From assembly GCF_009914755.1 (NCBI RefSeq), contig NC_060926.1: 64,000 nt of DNA, one strand, 5' to 3'. The stretch is from the human T2T-CHM13v2.0 reference genome, Homo sapiens. Shown piece by piece: positions 47,866 to 64,000 of the stretch. Position 1 is the first letter of the stretch. Each line of letters opens with the position of its first letter. A program made the position numbers and the translations under genes. The notes beneath the pieces were generated by a model. The model saw only the letters and a program-made list of their open reading frames with translations, had not been told where the DNA came from and did not search any database.

Positions 47866-49159
47866 ATCCCAAGTGTTTAAAGAGTACCTGGTAAAAGAAA
47901 AAATACACGACAAATACTTAATTTTGGAAAACATCACTGTAAATTTTTGATCAGATATGTGTTTCTGAAAAATCTGTCTGCTGCCAGCATGTTAGTGGGC
48001 TTCCGACTTATCATCATGAGTGAACATTTATGTTCCAAGATACATGTGGGTGCAGCTATTATTACTGTGAAGAGAAGTGTGATGTGCCTCTCTTTCTGTA
48101 CTCACCATATTGACAATCAGTAATGTGCCCTGGGGGATATCTGTCTGTACAGTTTCTCATTATTATTCCTATTTCAAATTACTGTTTCAGAAAATAATAT
48201 TGCTTCTATGCATACTAACGGATCAAATGTTTGTTTCCTATCGAGTTAAGTTGCATGGAGGGCAGTGCTGTAATAATGTCACAATTGATGGGGGTGATTG
48301 ATTGTGGAATCTGCAGATGGCCAGGATCTCACTGCTGCTTGAGGACCCTGAGCAGGTCATTTCCACCTGGGAACGGAGCAATTGGGATAATGATTTAGAT
48401 GTTATTTTGAGTGAGTTGAACTGGATAAGGTAGGTGGTGAGTGATGTGGTTGACAACTCCAGTTGTCTGACACCTCCCTGTATCCATACCCATTAGGTGT
48501 ACCTTATCTTGCTAACTCTGAGTTTGGCAACATGACTTGCTTTGGTCAATGGTACAAGACCACACTTGATGCAAAAGGAGGTGTGAAAACATGCTTGTGT
48601 GTTTCCACGTCTGCTCTCTTGGACTCCCTCCTGTCATGAGAACATGCATGAACTGGCCTGTTGAAGGAATGTGGGAACCACATGGAGGACAGCTGAGGCC
48701 ATCCTAGACTAGCCAGCCCCCTACATACCTGTCAGGAACCTTGGAGGTCTGAGTGATCCCAGCTGAGATTTGTTGAGTCCAGCCCAGAACAGCAGAACCA
48801 GCTACCCAAGCAAACTGCGGACTGGTGGGGAATAATAAATAGACAGTGGTTGTTTTAAGCCGCCATGAAGGATTAGTTTGTTACGCTGTAATAGTGAACT
48901 GATCCATGGTACAAGCAGAAAACAATCTTTGCAACCTGCTATGTGGATTCTTTATGGCTCTTGAAGAAAAATCTAAGTTTGGGATGGGGATAGGGGGATT
49001 TCCTGTTCACATTCATGCTCACTTTCAAGTAATAGACCACCAGTTACTTTCAATCATGGGAACCATCTCTGTTCAGTAATTAAAACGTCAGTGTAATAAT
49101 CAAAATGTCAAACTTTATGAAGGTTGACATCTTCTCCTCTCTCCTGCTAGCTGCTTTAG

Positions 49160-49676
<517 letters not shown>

Positions 49677-52059
49677 TAAGATGAGGGTTTCACCATGTTG
49701 CCCAGGCTGGTGACAAACTCCTGAGCTCAAGTAATCCAGCTGCCTTGGCCTCCCAAGTGCTGGAATTATAGGTGTGAGCCACTGCACCTGGTGACTTTTC
49801 AAGCCCAGCTTGCTTTCTCTTGAAACCCTCCTGTGTGCTTTTTAGTCTTTCTTCCACCAGGAACCTCCAATCCAATTCCCATAAAGTGGGCAATGCCATT
49901 TACTTATTTATTTTTAAGACAGGGTCTTGCTCTGTCTTCCAGGCTGAAGTGCAGTGGCATGATAGTAGTTCACTGCAGTCTTGAACTGGGCTCAAGCAAT
50001 CCTCCTGCCTCAGCCTCCTGAGTAGCTCAGACTACAGCTACGTGCCACCACATCCAGCTAATTTTTTTCTTTTATAGAGATCGGGCTCTCATTATGTTGC
50101 CCAGGCTGGTCTTGAACTCCTATGCTCAAGCGATCCTCTCACTTGATCTCCCAAAGTGTTGGGATTATAGGCGTGAGCTACCGTGCCTGGCCACCTTGCA
50201 TTTTTTAAGATACACTTTCATATATAACATATGCAGAAATGTAATCAAGTCAAATCACAAACTTCGTGACACATTTTTGCAAGGTGAGCATACTACACTG
50301 TATGGCCAGCCCCCAACCCAAGAACGGGAGCACCATGAGGGTTCCTGGCATAGATTTCATGGAGTGGCAGCCTTGACAGCCATTTTTAGACCTGACATAA
50401 GCTGTTTGAAATCCAGTTGAACCCTGTCATCCTTGTCCTCAGTGAGACTTCTCCTCTCTGTGTGGTGTTTGCAATAGAGCCTGCTTATTCCTCATCTCAC
50501 TGATGCCAAATCCAGCTCATGCCACAGCTGCTGTCTGTGGAAAAAATCTAATGATCAACACTGGAGTCATGTAAATGAGTTCCCTCCTTTAGGTATGTTT
50601 TCTTTAAATGACCCAGATCCACAAGTCCCAAGTGAAAGCCTAAGGAATAGTACCCTGGGCCTTAATAAAGGCAGGTCCCGCAGGCTCAACCACAGGCTGG
50701 TTGAGCTCCCTGCTGCCTCCAGACTCCTCCTGGCCCTCCTAGTGATTCGGTGCCCCAACCTCTCTGGGTCTGTGAGCAATAAACTTCTGCTTCTTGCATT
50801 TTAGTTTCACCAACACACCCAAACCTTACTCTCTCCCCCACCCACCCAATCAGGGCTCTCCTAGACAGGCCCCAAGATCAACTAAGAAAGAAACCATACT
50901 AATACAAATCGCAACAGTCCCAGAAGTCCCTCCTCCTCTCTGTTACTACCCATCCTCATCCCCTATCCTAACGTCTAATGCTACAGAGAAACAATGAAAA
51001 TTGTTTTCTTTGGTAAACTTGGGCATTCAAGGACAGAATGCCCAGAATGACTTCTGCTAGCTCTTAGCTAATCAGTTTATCCCAAAACATGCAAACAAAA
51101 TTCACCATTCCCAGACTTACAGATCCTGTTGTTGCCTGTGTTCCGTGACTCAGTCCACCAACTGTCTACTTACTTATGAGCAAACACATGACATGCAAAG
51201 TCACTGAGCAGTGAGCAAAAGAATAAATGTCTCTCTGACTCATTCTTCGACAAAGAACAACTCCTCCCAGATAGCTTGAGATAATATATTAAATGTAGTT
51301 GAAAAGGGCTCTTAAATATGATTACTTTTTTATCCATAAAGATGAGTAATTCTTAATGAATCTACAGACATATAGCTCCTGTGGTTTTTTAAAAAATTTC
51401 CAAGCATTTGGGGAAATGTAATTCATTTCATAAGTAAATTTAATTCATTCCCTATGTAAAGATACAGGAAATTTAGTTCATTTCATATGTAATATGAGAT
51501 CAATAAAATATTATCTATTTTTTCCATGTATACCGGAAATCATGTGAAGCACGAATTTTAAAATTCCTTTTAAATATTATAATCAGTTACATAAAAGTGG
51601 ATTTTCTGTAACAATGATCTATTCCTAGTTTCAGCAGTTTTTAGGATTTTGCTACAAAAAGAGAACTAAAGAGTGATTCAAAGCAGGACATTAGCCTCTG
51701 CTGCAGACATTGTTGCATCCAAAATTCTCTCATTAAGGAAATCGGGATAGTGAACCAAAGGTGTTTAATGGACCAGTGAATGAGTTTAACAGTGATATCA
51801 TATTGATTTTTTTTCTGTTCCTCACTGCCTGAGGGGATCTATCTACAAATTCTATTTCGATTGAGGCACCACCAAGGGGAGGAAAAATATTACCACTGGC
51901 ATTTTACTGCTTGCACCAGTTGGTATTCTTTGAACTTTTTCTTTCTCTGGAGCCTTAACCATTTCTTTACTCCCAAAAAGCATTCTCAAATTTCTTTTCT
52001 GCCATGTCTCAAAATAGAAATACTCAGACAGCCCCAAAAGAAAAGCAACAGAGGCAAAA

Positions 52060-52249
52060 ATTATTCTCCAAATCAGTTTACATATTTTATCGAAACCACC
52101 TCCTTGAAATACATATAAACATAAAATAGACAATGCTACATCTATTATATACATAACATCATCTTTCGTCAATAGAAAAACTTTAGTATTTAATATTTTT
52201 AAGAATGCAAGTCTATCAGTTTTCTTATTCTCTATTCAAATAAATAATC
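52060..52249 (-). terminator. RFX8: RFX8 short 3' UTR with non-canonical poly(A) signal candidates
   Basis: Minus-strand ATTAAA at 52189-52194 and GATAAA at 52086-52091. No AATAAA within ~350 nt after the stop. Confidence 0.5.
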
Positions 52250-52426
52250 TCACACATTAGCATTGTTTTCTCTGAAATAAATATCTTCAGAGCTTTGGGG
52301 TACATCTGATATCTGAATCACAAATTGTTGTCCATCTTTTAGGGTTATGAGGGCTTCTTGTCCCATAGGAAGGCTGAGTTTAACTGCGCTTTCAGTGGTT
52401 TCATCTTCCAACAGCACCTGGATGAG
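52250..52426 (-). CDS. RFX8: RFX8 last coding exon
   Basis: Acceptor TTTCCCTCTTGCAG|CTC at 52426, phase 0. Translates [58 protein letters not shown], then TGA. In frame with the exon ending at 57138. Confidence 0.9.
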   Translation of the reverse strand, partial: LIQVLLEDETTESAVKLSLPMGQEALITLKDGQQFVIQISDVPQSSEDIYFRENNANV

Positions 52427-52542
52427 CTGCAAGAGGGAAATGTTTTAAGGGAAAAGATAAAAAGAGACAGATACTATTCCTTGTTGCAGGAACTACCATT
52501 TGAATTCTTCTACCAAGCCCGTGCTCCCACCCTGGGATGTAA

Positions 52543-52872
<330 letters not shown>

Positions 52873-54914
52873 TAAGAGAACTCCTGATTTCTCAGGAAAA
52901 CACTCAGGGTCCAGTGAGGACTCAGTGGGAGGCTTTGCAAGGCAGGGATGGTGCAGGGGCGGGGAGCTGATGGGCTCTCTTTAGGGAAAGGCAGTTTGTG
53001 AGAAATGTCCTCGTGAGAGCAAACCAACACTCTTCCTTAACAGACACTGGAGAAAGAAGATGAGTCATGAAAGTCGGGAGGGAGCCTGTGAAAGGCACCC
53101 ACGGTCTCCATGTAGCTGGAGACCCCCCATCAATTTGGGAGTCTCCAGACGGGTACTAATCCCCACATTCTCAACAAGTCTCTGGAGCTGACATAGTCAG
53201 TTCAAATTCCCACACAGGCTCTCCTTCCCCCATCCGTCAAATAAACCACTAAATGGGGGAAAAAACCTATGAAAACAGCAATCTGGTATTGGTGACTCAA
53301 TTGGGAAGTAACAGATTCGAGAGGTGGGGAGGTTCTAAGTTAGCTGAAGCTCTCCTCAGCCACTTCACCTGACGAGCAAGTCTTCCTATCAGAGAAAGGC
53401 GAATGTACCATCCCTCCCTTAGCTCCAGGAAACTTGGTCATGACTACTTTAAAACCAATAGAAATGTATTCACTTGGTCTGATTTCATCAATAAACCTCC
53501 TATAAGCTAGTATACTTTGACAGAGATGTGTGCACCATAACTTCAAATGCAAGGTTCATGAAAGCATGTCTCACTCTTTCTCTAAATTCGACAAAAACCA
53601 TCACCACCCAGTGAAAAGGTGTTTTTCTTCTTTTTCAAAAAATTGTTTTCACCTTTATCTTAGAGGTGAAGAGACACTTAAAAAAATTTGTTTTGCTCTG
53701 CTGTAATCCTGGAGTACATGACCTAAATTCGTTATTTAATATCAGTATAGTTTTTCACTTTGTTCTTAAACACGCCTTGGCATCTGACTATTTTGAACGC
53801 CGCTAGAATGTAGAAGAGGGACAGATGGGTATGGCAATCCGGAATGCTGACTTCAGTTGTTACCGGAGGTGCAGGCCAGCGCTAAATTGTTCAGGGAATG
53901 AGGCTGCCACAGCTGTGCAGCTGAATGGGTGTTAAACGGTGGCAGATGAATGCAGATGGGACATGCAGGGTGTGCTTTTTTGTTGATGATGAGTGCAAGT
54001 GCTGAATAATGGATGCAATGAAAATCAGATGAGCGTAACTTTTTGGTGTGATTGTTTAAGTCATTATAGCTAATTCAGCAGGCATGAATGAACAGAAGCA
54101 GGTTTAATTAATCTCTAATGTGTATTACCTTGGATTACCTGACATTTGTCTGCTTGTATTGCTTTATTCTGTAGTTCAATTAAGTATTTAATATCTTCTC
54201 TATTGTTTCCAACCATTAAATATAGGTCAAACCTCTTTGCAAGGAACTTCAGAGGAGCTAAGGGATTGGGCCAACAGTGTTAAGAGGAAGTGCTCAGCTT
54301 AGGAGGCCGTGGTGGAGAAATAATAACGATGACCAGTGGTTATTGGGTACTTACTACATTCTAGGAAATAGTCTAAGCATTTTACAACAATTAACTCATT
54401 TAAACCTCATAATGTTCCTGTAGAATTAGACATGAGTATCCCCATAAGTTAAGCAATTTGTCCAGTGTTCTATCTAATAAGGGGAAGAAGTAGAATTTGA
54501 ACCCAGAAATGTATGTACCAGGATTGCCCTTATCAGATTTGAAGGTATTTTTAGTAATTAGTCCCAAGAGACCAATTTTGGAATTAAAGCAGATGGTAGA
54601 AAACACTGTTGGGGAGAGAGAGAATGCTGAGAAGGACAGTCTTGGAAGGATCTGTGGAGGTGTAAATTCCTGTTCTCCCACTGATTAGTGAGGTGACCTT
54701 GGGAAAATTACCCAACCCCTTCAAGATCCTCAGTTATGCCAGCTGTAAAATGAGGTTGATGATAACACCTATTTCATTGAGATGAAAAGATGCATTTAAA
54801 CGCTCAGCTCCGGGAGACTGTCAGCGTCTGCTCTTCACGCCTTCTAACTGTGGCTGAAGACGTAAAAGCTTACTCCTGGTTACCTTGCTGACTAGGAAGC
54901 ATGTGTATATAATT

Positions 54915-55390
54915 TGACTAACATTCTCCGCTTGGCTGAACTTTAGTCTGGCTCCTGAACCTTCTCCTTCGCCCACTTCCTTATAAAATCCAGTTTTAGC
55001 AAGAACCCTGCTGAGTCACTTTAGCGAGAATGCCCCATCTCCATATGTGATCAGTTTCCTCATCCTCTGCCAGCCTCCAGGTGATGTCTGGTCACCCCAG
55101 CTGGCTGGACTTCTACAAGAATCCTCTTAGGTGGGTTCAGCAGAATCCCCCTTACCTCTGACATTTCTTCTTAGTAAATTCCCATCCATTGACCCCCACC
55201 TGGCTCCTAGGCTATAAATTCTGCACCCGCCACCCTGTCCCTTCTGTACTCAGAGTTAAGCCCAATCTCCCTCCCCGGTTGCAAAAGCCCTGTGGAGATG
55301 GTACTGAATAAAGCCTTCCTTACAGATAAAGCCTCCCTTACGGTGCTTTAACGAGTGTCACTGCAAGATGTTTTTGTTTTTCCTTTCACA
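54915..55390 (+). mobile_element. MER31-like ERV1 LTR
   Basis: tgactaacattctccgcttggctgaactttagtc...aaaatccagttttagcaagaaccctgc...aataaagccttcc...tttcaca. Confidence 0.7.
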
Positions 55391-57137
55391 AGTTGTCATG
55401 CTACACTCCGACCTCTTGCTCCAGCCGGTGAGCGCAAAGAATTTGCTTTCACTTGGAGCTGAACACTGCAGCCCAGCATGAATGCTGGCCCTGCTAGGGC
55501 TCTACAGAATGCTCCAGAGTACACTCAGGCGCTTTCCACTGGTGGCCCTTGGAGGGCTCTGCCGCCAGGTACAGCAGCAGGGAGAGCCATCCTCCTAGGT
55601 ATAGCCTAGCCAAGCCATCGCCTCTTCAGATCTAACTGGGCCTTCTTTCTGCCAACTGTCTGGAAACACCTGCTTCCTGAAAGCGCCTTAGCTGCTGCCA
55701 GCTAAGGAGGCCCAGCTCTCATCAGCACCCCCAAGTTGGGGTCAGTGTTTCGCTGCTGCATCCTTCATCGACCATGTCTGCTTTTTTCACATGGACACTC
55801 GTGGAGGAGGTGAGTTTCTCATTTACAGACAAACGTTGGAATCTACCTCACAGAGAGCACCGAATGCAGCTGGATACGTGACTTACTATCTCAAAGTGAG
55901 AAACAAAGACCAAATACAGATAGAGAACTGGTAAACCTGAGAGATGCATTTCCCCGGCTCCTGTTTTGTTTTGTTTTGTTTTGTTTTTTTGGTCTAGGGA
56001 GGTGTCTTGTCCAAGCATTGCTCAGTAACAGGTGTGCAGGATCTCTGCAATCGGAGAACTCGCAATGAGAGTCTGCTCAAGAAGGAAAGGGCCCTGGAAG
56101 GTTCCTGTTATTCTGCGGACTCTAAGGCATGAAGAGTTTTAGGCTGTGACTCACTGCCACAACTTGCTTCAGGTTGAATGATCGCACCTGCCTCAATTTC
56201 CTACTAAGCACAACTCATCTGTGCGAGAGGGGGAACTTGTGGGCACAAAAAGAAGAAGGCGGATAGCGGCTAAACATCAAACATGTGCAGAGAAATTAGC
56301 CCTAAGACAATCGCTGTCAGTTTTTTTTAACCAGCCCACTCCCCACTCCTCAATGGAGGCATTTCAGTTGTTCCTCCATCAGTCCAGCTCTGCTTCATGG
56401 TACTGAGGTCCATGTCCGACCTCTACAACCTGCGTCCTGCACTCCTCAGGGCATAAAACAACCTCCTGTCTAGGGTTGTAGGTGAAGAATGGACTTGAGA
56501 TCAGGCAGGCTGGGGCTCCAATCTCTGTTCCACTATTTCCTCGCATTTCCTTGCTGTGTGACTTTGTGCAAGTCACTCAGCTTCTGTGAGCCTCAGTTTC
56601 CTCATCCATCAAATGACAATGACAAGAACAAATATTCTATAGGATGGCATGGCTTCGAGATAACATACATAAGGGCTATATAGTAGGTGTTAGGTAAATA
56701 GTAACTCTAATTTTTGTATCTTTCAACAGGTATCCCAATGTAATCTTTTCAAAATCCTCTGTTCAGACTATTCGACGTTTCCGTCTTTGAACACTAGGGG
56801 AATTTTCAGTGCATGCCACTCAGACGTTAGTGGTGTGCTACTGCTGAGTTAGTCTAACCAGGCCAGGCACACTCTGGGAAGGCAAGAAATACCCAGGCCA
56901 TCAGATGGTCACACTTCTAATCATGCCAGGCATCTATCAATGTCCCACAAACCTGAGCTGACCAGTAATCAACAGATAGTGAATTAAACTCACCCCTGGC
57001 AAAATCACCTAGGGTAAAGATGACTGTAGAATCGTTTATCATTGTTTGGACAAAGTGATCTTGAGGGTTTTACTAATCACCTGTGGCTCTTATTCCCCTT
57101 GAAACAGCTGTGTGGAAGGGGGTCCTGGTGTCCCTAC

Positions 57138-57454
57138 CTTATTGCCCATGGCAGTGTCCACCAGGAAGCCCAGGATCCTGAGGACCATGTTGCTCACACC
57201 CACGGGATATCGGCCCTGGCCCATGTGTGTGGGCATCACCCCCAGTGGCTCCATGCTGGGGCTGGCACACGCCTGCGACAGTGAGGAATTCAGAGAATGG
57301 AAAAGTGCCTGGTCTGGCTGGCCGAGAGTCGGGTCATCTGGTAGCATTTCCTTGACAGTCCCCATGTCCTCCTCCTCCTCTTCCTCCTCTAGGCATGACT
57401 GAAGTATATGAATCATATATTCCAAAAGCAACAAGTGAAACAGATGCCAGGAGC
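57138..57454 (-). CDS. RFX8: RFX8 penultimate coding exon (end of RFX dimerisation-like region plus acidic poly-Glu tract)
   Basis: Acceptor ATGTAG|GC at 57454, donor AAG|GTAGGG at 57138. 317 nt, phase 1 to 0. Translates (G)SWHLFHLLLLEYMIHILQSCLEEEEEEEDMG...AMGNK, resembling the RFX-family GSFHLIRLLYDEYM motif. Confidence 0.92.
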
Positions 57455-58206
57455 CTACATTTAGATAATAACCAAAAATGAATACATTTGATCGACAGAC
57501 AATAAACAAATCATTGTGAAACTAACAACTTTTCTGGGGCTAACACCTGTGTACGTGAGCCTCGTTCCAATAGCTTACCCAGAAGAGGCCTGGGTCGGCC
57601 TCTTACGTAGCATCCATCAGTAGAAAACCCCTGGCAGGGCAGCTTTTGGACAGAAAGGACCAAGAGCTAAATAGCCTAAGTCATGAAAAGGAACTTAAAA
57701 TCCATCCGGTGTGAGATGGGAGAAAAGCAAACCCTACAGGGAACTGGGTGCTGCTCCCAGAGCTGGAGAGGGTACCCCTCAACCTCATCGTGCCCCATGT
57801 ATGATCCACAGGAATGTCCAGAAGGGGTGGGAGGAAACGGGGGCAGTGTGCAGAGGGAACCCTGCTGCTGTTTTGTGGTGTTTGAAACGTAGCGCCTTGC
57901 CCCTCTTGCAGACCCTGTGGCTGCAGCTCTTTGTGTGGGAAGTGGGTAAGGAGGCCAGCTGGCATTCCACCTGTGAGAGGCGTCTTCTCAGGTGGGCCTG
58001 CAAGTGCTGTCATCAGAGACAGGAGGGTATGTGACTTAGCTGAATGCTCCAAATCCCAAGGCCTTTGTGCTCCCAGAAAGGAAAACAATCATTAATGTTT
58101 GCTTGAGAAACAGAGGGGGAAATCTGGCCTATTGCAATTGTTAAAAGATAAGTTTTAAATAAAGGTAAAACCATGACTCTTATACAGATATAAAATGGAC
58201 ACATCA

Positions 58207-58527
<321 letters not shown>

Positions 58528-59105
58528 TTAACTCATTAATTAAATGATGTATTACATCTTATTGCTACATCAGTAAGATGTTGCCACTGGTTCAAAAGAG
58601 AATTCAAAGTACTAACTATATACTATAGACAGAAAATAATGCTGACAGTGACAAATAGATGCAAAAGGGATCTGTCCTCAGGGTAGTATCAATCACAACC
58701 ACCTGACACAACTAGCTTGTATTTCTGTGGATGAGGGTCATCTGCATTATCAGTTTGCTGCAACTTACAGGGCTGTAAAAATAACTCAAAGACAATGGAA
58801 GGTAGAGATAACCCAGAAGGCTGTGCCAACCTTTTGTCCATTTCAAAGCCTTTTGTCCATTTCAAGTAATCTTTTCATCCATTTCAAAAGCCCTTCACAG
58901 TTTTTTCCCTGAGTAGTGTTCTATTCCTCCACGGATCTGGGTGAGAGATCATTGCCCCCGTGGAAGGCATGACCTTGCCTGAAGTGAGCCTGACAACATC
59001 GTCTTTCCTGTTTAACCTTGAAAAATCATAGTCCAAGTCCTGAAACCATTGTTCAAACTACTGGTGTGAATACATTGATTTCATATGGAGGTACAGAGAA
59101 GGTAG

Positions 59106-60150
<1,045 letters not shown>

Positions 60151-60644
60151 TACAACCCTTTTTATAAGGCAATTGCATCAAAGATGTGACCTTCCCCAAC
60201 AGAGGAAGTGATTTGACCAGGAAGTTTGCAAAATGAACATTACTTCACTCTCTCTACCATCGCATACAATGGCAACTTAATCATTATTCCTGAGAGTTAA
60301 GTATGAGTGCTTCAAAGAACCCATTTTGTTCTCCATCTCAGTTGTCTCTCTCGGTGCTTTTCTCTAAATGTCACAAAGCTCATAATTCAAGAACAAGGAG
60401 AGTGTGTCTAACGATGATGAAACAGGAAGGAAAAGCATGGTCCATCTGTTTGACAGACTATCACACTGACACTAAAAATAAAAATTACTATCGTGTTGTA
60501 TGGTTTGCTGTATCTATGTTATATTTTACATAGAAAGGTTAAAAGAAGACGGCTGGATTCTACATAGCAATACGCAAAATACTTATGCCATAATGACATT
60601 TTTAAAAGGTAGAATACAAAATACTTTCTTATTCTCTGACTTAC

Positions 60645-60759
60645 CAAAACTATCTCTGTGGCAGAGGGTCATGGCTTTGCTTACAGCAGTGAGAAGAAGA
60701 TTCCATCTCAGCTGGAAGCTGGCGGCCAATTTGGTAAACTCTTCTTTGCTTCTGCTTGT
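60645..60759 (-). CDS. RFX8: RFX8 internal coding exon (third from last)
   Basis: Acceptor AACAG|ACA at 60759, donor TTG|GTAAGT at 60645. 115 nt, phase 0 to 1. Translates [39 protein letters not shown], resembling RFX FLLKWSF...RDLTLRSAASFG. Not present in the ORF track. Confidence 0.9.
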
Positions 60760-61039
60760 CTGTTAAGTTTTTGTGAGAAAAAAGGCTGCAGTTTGTAATA
60801 AAATCAAGAAGCATAGTATGTTTTCAAATGCACACATTTGTCATGCACACGCATTTTTAAAGAGCCAAAGAAGAGGAAGATGAAATAACAAAAGCGGGAA
60901 CTGAGGCAGCGGGGCAAATGTCTGGTCTTTCTCTGTCTTCCATGGAGACGGTTCCAGGGCAGAGCCCTTTAAAGTTGGTGGAGAGAAGGAGGGAGGTAGG
61001 AAATTGGCTCACTTTTTCTCTTAAAATAAAAAAAAAGCA

Positions 61040-61343
61040 AATTTTTTTTTTTTGAGACATGGTCTTCCTGTTCCCCAGGCTGGAGTGCAGTGGCACGATC
61101 TTGGCCCACTGCAGCCTTGAACTCCTGGGCTTAAGCGATCTTCCCATCTCAGCCTCCTGAGTAGCTGGGACTACAGGCATGCACCACTGCACATGACTAA
61201 TTTAATTTTGGGGGGGAGGGTGGGTAGAGATAAGGGTCTCACTATGTTGCTCAAGCTGGCCTTAACTTCTAGGCTCAAGTGATCCTCCTGTCTCGGCCTC
61301 CCAAAGGCACTGGGATTAGAGGCATAAGCCACCATGCCCAGCA
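61040..61343 (-). mobile_element. AluJ-like element
   Basis: Reverse-complement diverged dimer. Confidence 0.9.
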
Positions 61344-62059
61344 CCACACAGTTTTTAAAAAAGAGGTCACTTGTGATGTGTGACACAGAAACACCGTAGG
61401 GACAGCCTCATTGAAGTCCACTTTGGAATGGCCATCAAGAGGGGCAGGGGCTGTTTTATTCCTGCACTTCTGCATGTCAAATCTGATTGTGGAAAAGGGG
61501 CACAGAATCCCATAATAATGAAAAGCAGTGGTGCCTATTTGGAAAAGCTGGTCGTCATGCTTGCTGTGTAACCAAGCTCCAAACTGCAAAGTCCCAGCCC
61601 CTAAACCCAGTGGAACCAAGGTCATCTGACAGCCTCATTGGCACTAAACTGTGTACCAATAAGATGCTGCTGCATGCAGACTAAGAGATTCCCTCTACCC
61701 AGACAGAGAGCAGCCTTGGGCCACACTTGAAGCCATCTGTAAGCCATGAGTCATGGATTTCAAATGCATCTGTTGATATGCATGCTCCAAGCCTCTTCTC
61801 ATCCTCAGTCACATGCCTGTGGACCCACCACAGCTCCACCACATGTCTTTGAGGAAGAAATAGAGAACTTGGCTACAAACAAAGAATGCCCTTTCTTGTC
61901 ATTGCTTCTTTTCCCTTCTGCCCCAGTGAAATCCTTGGCACACCAGAAGGTGGCCCTGAGCTTCAGGGGACGTGAGGTCCTTTCAGTAGCATCCTCCTCC
62001 TCAGTGCTCCTCACCATCTGAGATGGACTCTTGGGAGGAGCTCTTCCCATCAGTGTTCA

Positions 62060-62522
<463 letters not shown>

Positions 62523-62905
62523 TCACGTCCACAGTGTGGCACTTCATGTCCCCCAACGTAGAAGCTCCTCCAGGGCCCGAACTGCCCTCTGCTCGCTGAC
62601 TGCCAGATGCTAACTGAAGCCATGGGGCATCTCTGACAAGCCCAAAGGTGTGCATCTTAATAGTCTGAGCACTTGATTGACAATAATCTGGTTTTGTAAA
62701 GATCAGCCAAGCTATTTTACAAAAACAAGTCCTTCAAAGGCACGCAGTTACAAAAACACCATTTTTCTAATTTGCCTCCTTTGTGAGGGCTGAAGGCACA
62801 ACGATGGAGACTTGGGAAACACATAGCGCTCTGTGGTTTACAATGTAGGACGACAGGGTTGGTAGTGATGATCTCAGTGGGTTCATCTGATTAAAGCTGG
62901 AGGCT

Positions 62906-63205
<300 letters not shown>

Positions 63206-63913
63206 CGCTGGAGGCTGAGTTCCAGTTTCCACTTAACGAACAGACAATGGACAGCGCCTGTCTGTGAGGATGTATAATATAAGCCTTCAGCTAGCAAATG
63301 AATAAATGTCTCAGTAGCCATCCAGCTCTGGACATGGTCACTGCTGTTAAAAATAAGCTTTGCCTAAGATCAACAGGAGGAATAAAAACCATACAGAATC
63401 TGGGATAATTATTTTCAAGAAGCAAATGAGACCAGGCACCTGCCAAGGGTTGGAACTGGCTTTCCAGCTCCTTCCTGAGGATTTTTCTGGTTCATGTCTA
63501 GGAGGTTGAAGATCCCAAAGTCCCCTGCAGTCTTCTTGGTCTCAGTGATTATTTCTCCTCTTTCTTCTCAACTGAGAGTTCAGGGATACAGACAAGGCCA
63601 GGCAGGTGGCACAAGGGAGTGGCCACAACACGGCCAGAAGCTTAAAGAGAAAGCCCAGAGCCACGCTTCCAGCCCCAGGCCCTCGGAGTCTTTGCTCTCT
63701 CCACCAGTGTGGACTGCTCCTTCCTTCCTGGGTAAACTCACTCCTGCTCTTGAATGCCCGATCCCCCTCTCTCAGCTTATTTTAATCCTGCACATGCTTC
63801 ATATCCCAGTTTTAAGTCCCACCTTCTCTTCAAAGCCCTTCACAACCACTTCAGCCTTGGCAAGCACAAAGTCTCAAGAGGTGGGGCCCGGGCTGCCTCA
63901 TTTCCCTCTAGGT

Positions 63914-64000
63914 GTTTTTGTTTGTTTGTTTGTTTGTTTTTTGAGACAGAGTGTTGCTCTGCCGCCCAGGCTGGAGTGCAGTGGTGTGATCTCAGCTCAC
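63914..64000 (-). mobile_element. Alu (partial, at window edge) with (TTTG)n tail
   Basis: Start of a reverse-complement Alu right arm. Confidence 0.92.

Noticed and set aside
51852-52172. 106-aa minus-strand ORF with two hydrophobic stretches downstream of the RFX8 stop
   Set aside because: It starts at TTG, T-rich sequence naturally encodes hydrophobic residues, and I recognise no homology.

Overview
Human (or very close primate) genomic DNA, recognisable as the CREG2-RFX8 locus (2q11.2). Both genes lie on the minus strand, head to tail. CREG2 is complete: four coding exons (42161-41721, 38406-38237, 10064-9951, 5770-5623) sum to 873 nt = 290 aa + stop, with a CpG-island promoter and a probable long 3' UTR running towards ~250. 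Only the last three coding exons of RFX8 are in the window (60759-60645, 57454-57138, 52426-52250). The rest is intronic or intergenic DNA rich in repeats: about 30 Alus including an AluYa5, L1/L2/L3 fragments, ERV1 and MaLR LTRs, DNA transposons and microsatellites. Almost all ORFs in the supplied track are repeat-derived or spurious. I found no convincing new biological system. The best leads are a dense E-box cluster upstream of CREG2, clustered Pumilio elements in the distal 3' UTR, a possible intronic-polyadenylation isoform, a probable 3'-UTR retrocopy, an in-frame RFX8-CREG2 read-through possibility, and several oddly built transposon insertions. Repeat family names come from recalled consensus sequences and repeat boundaries are approximate.
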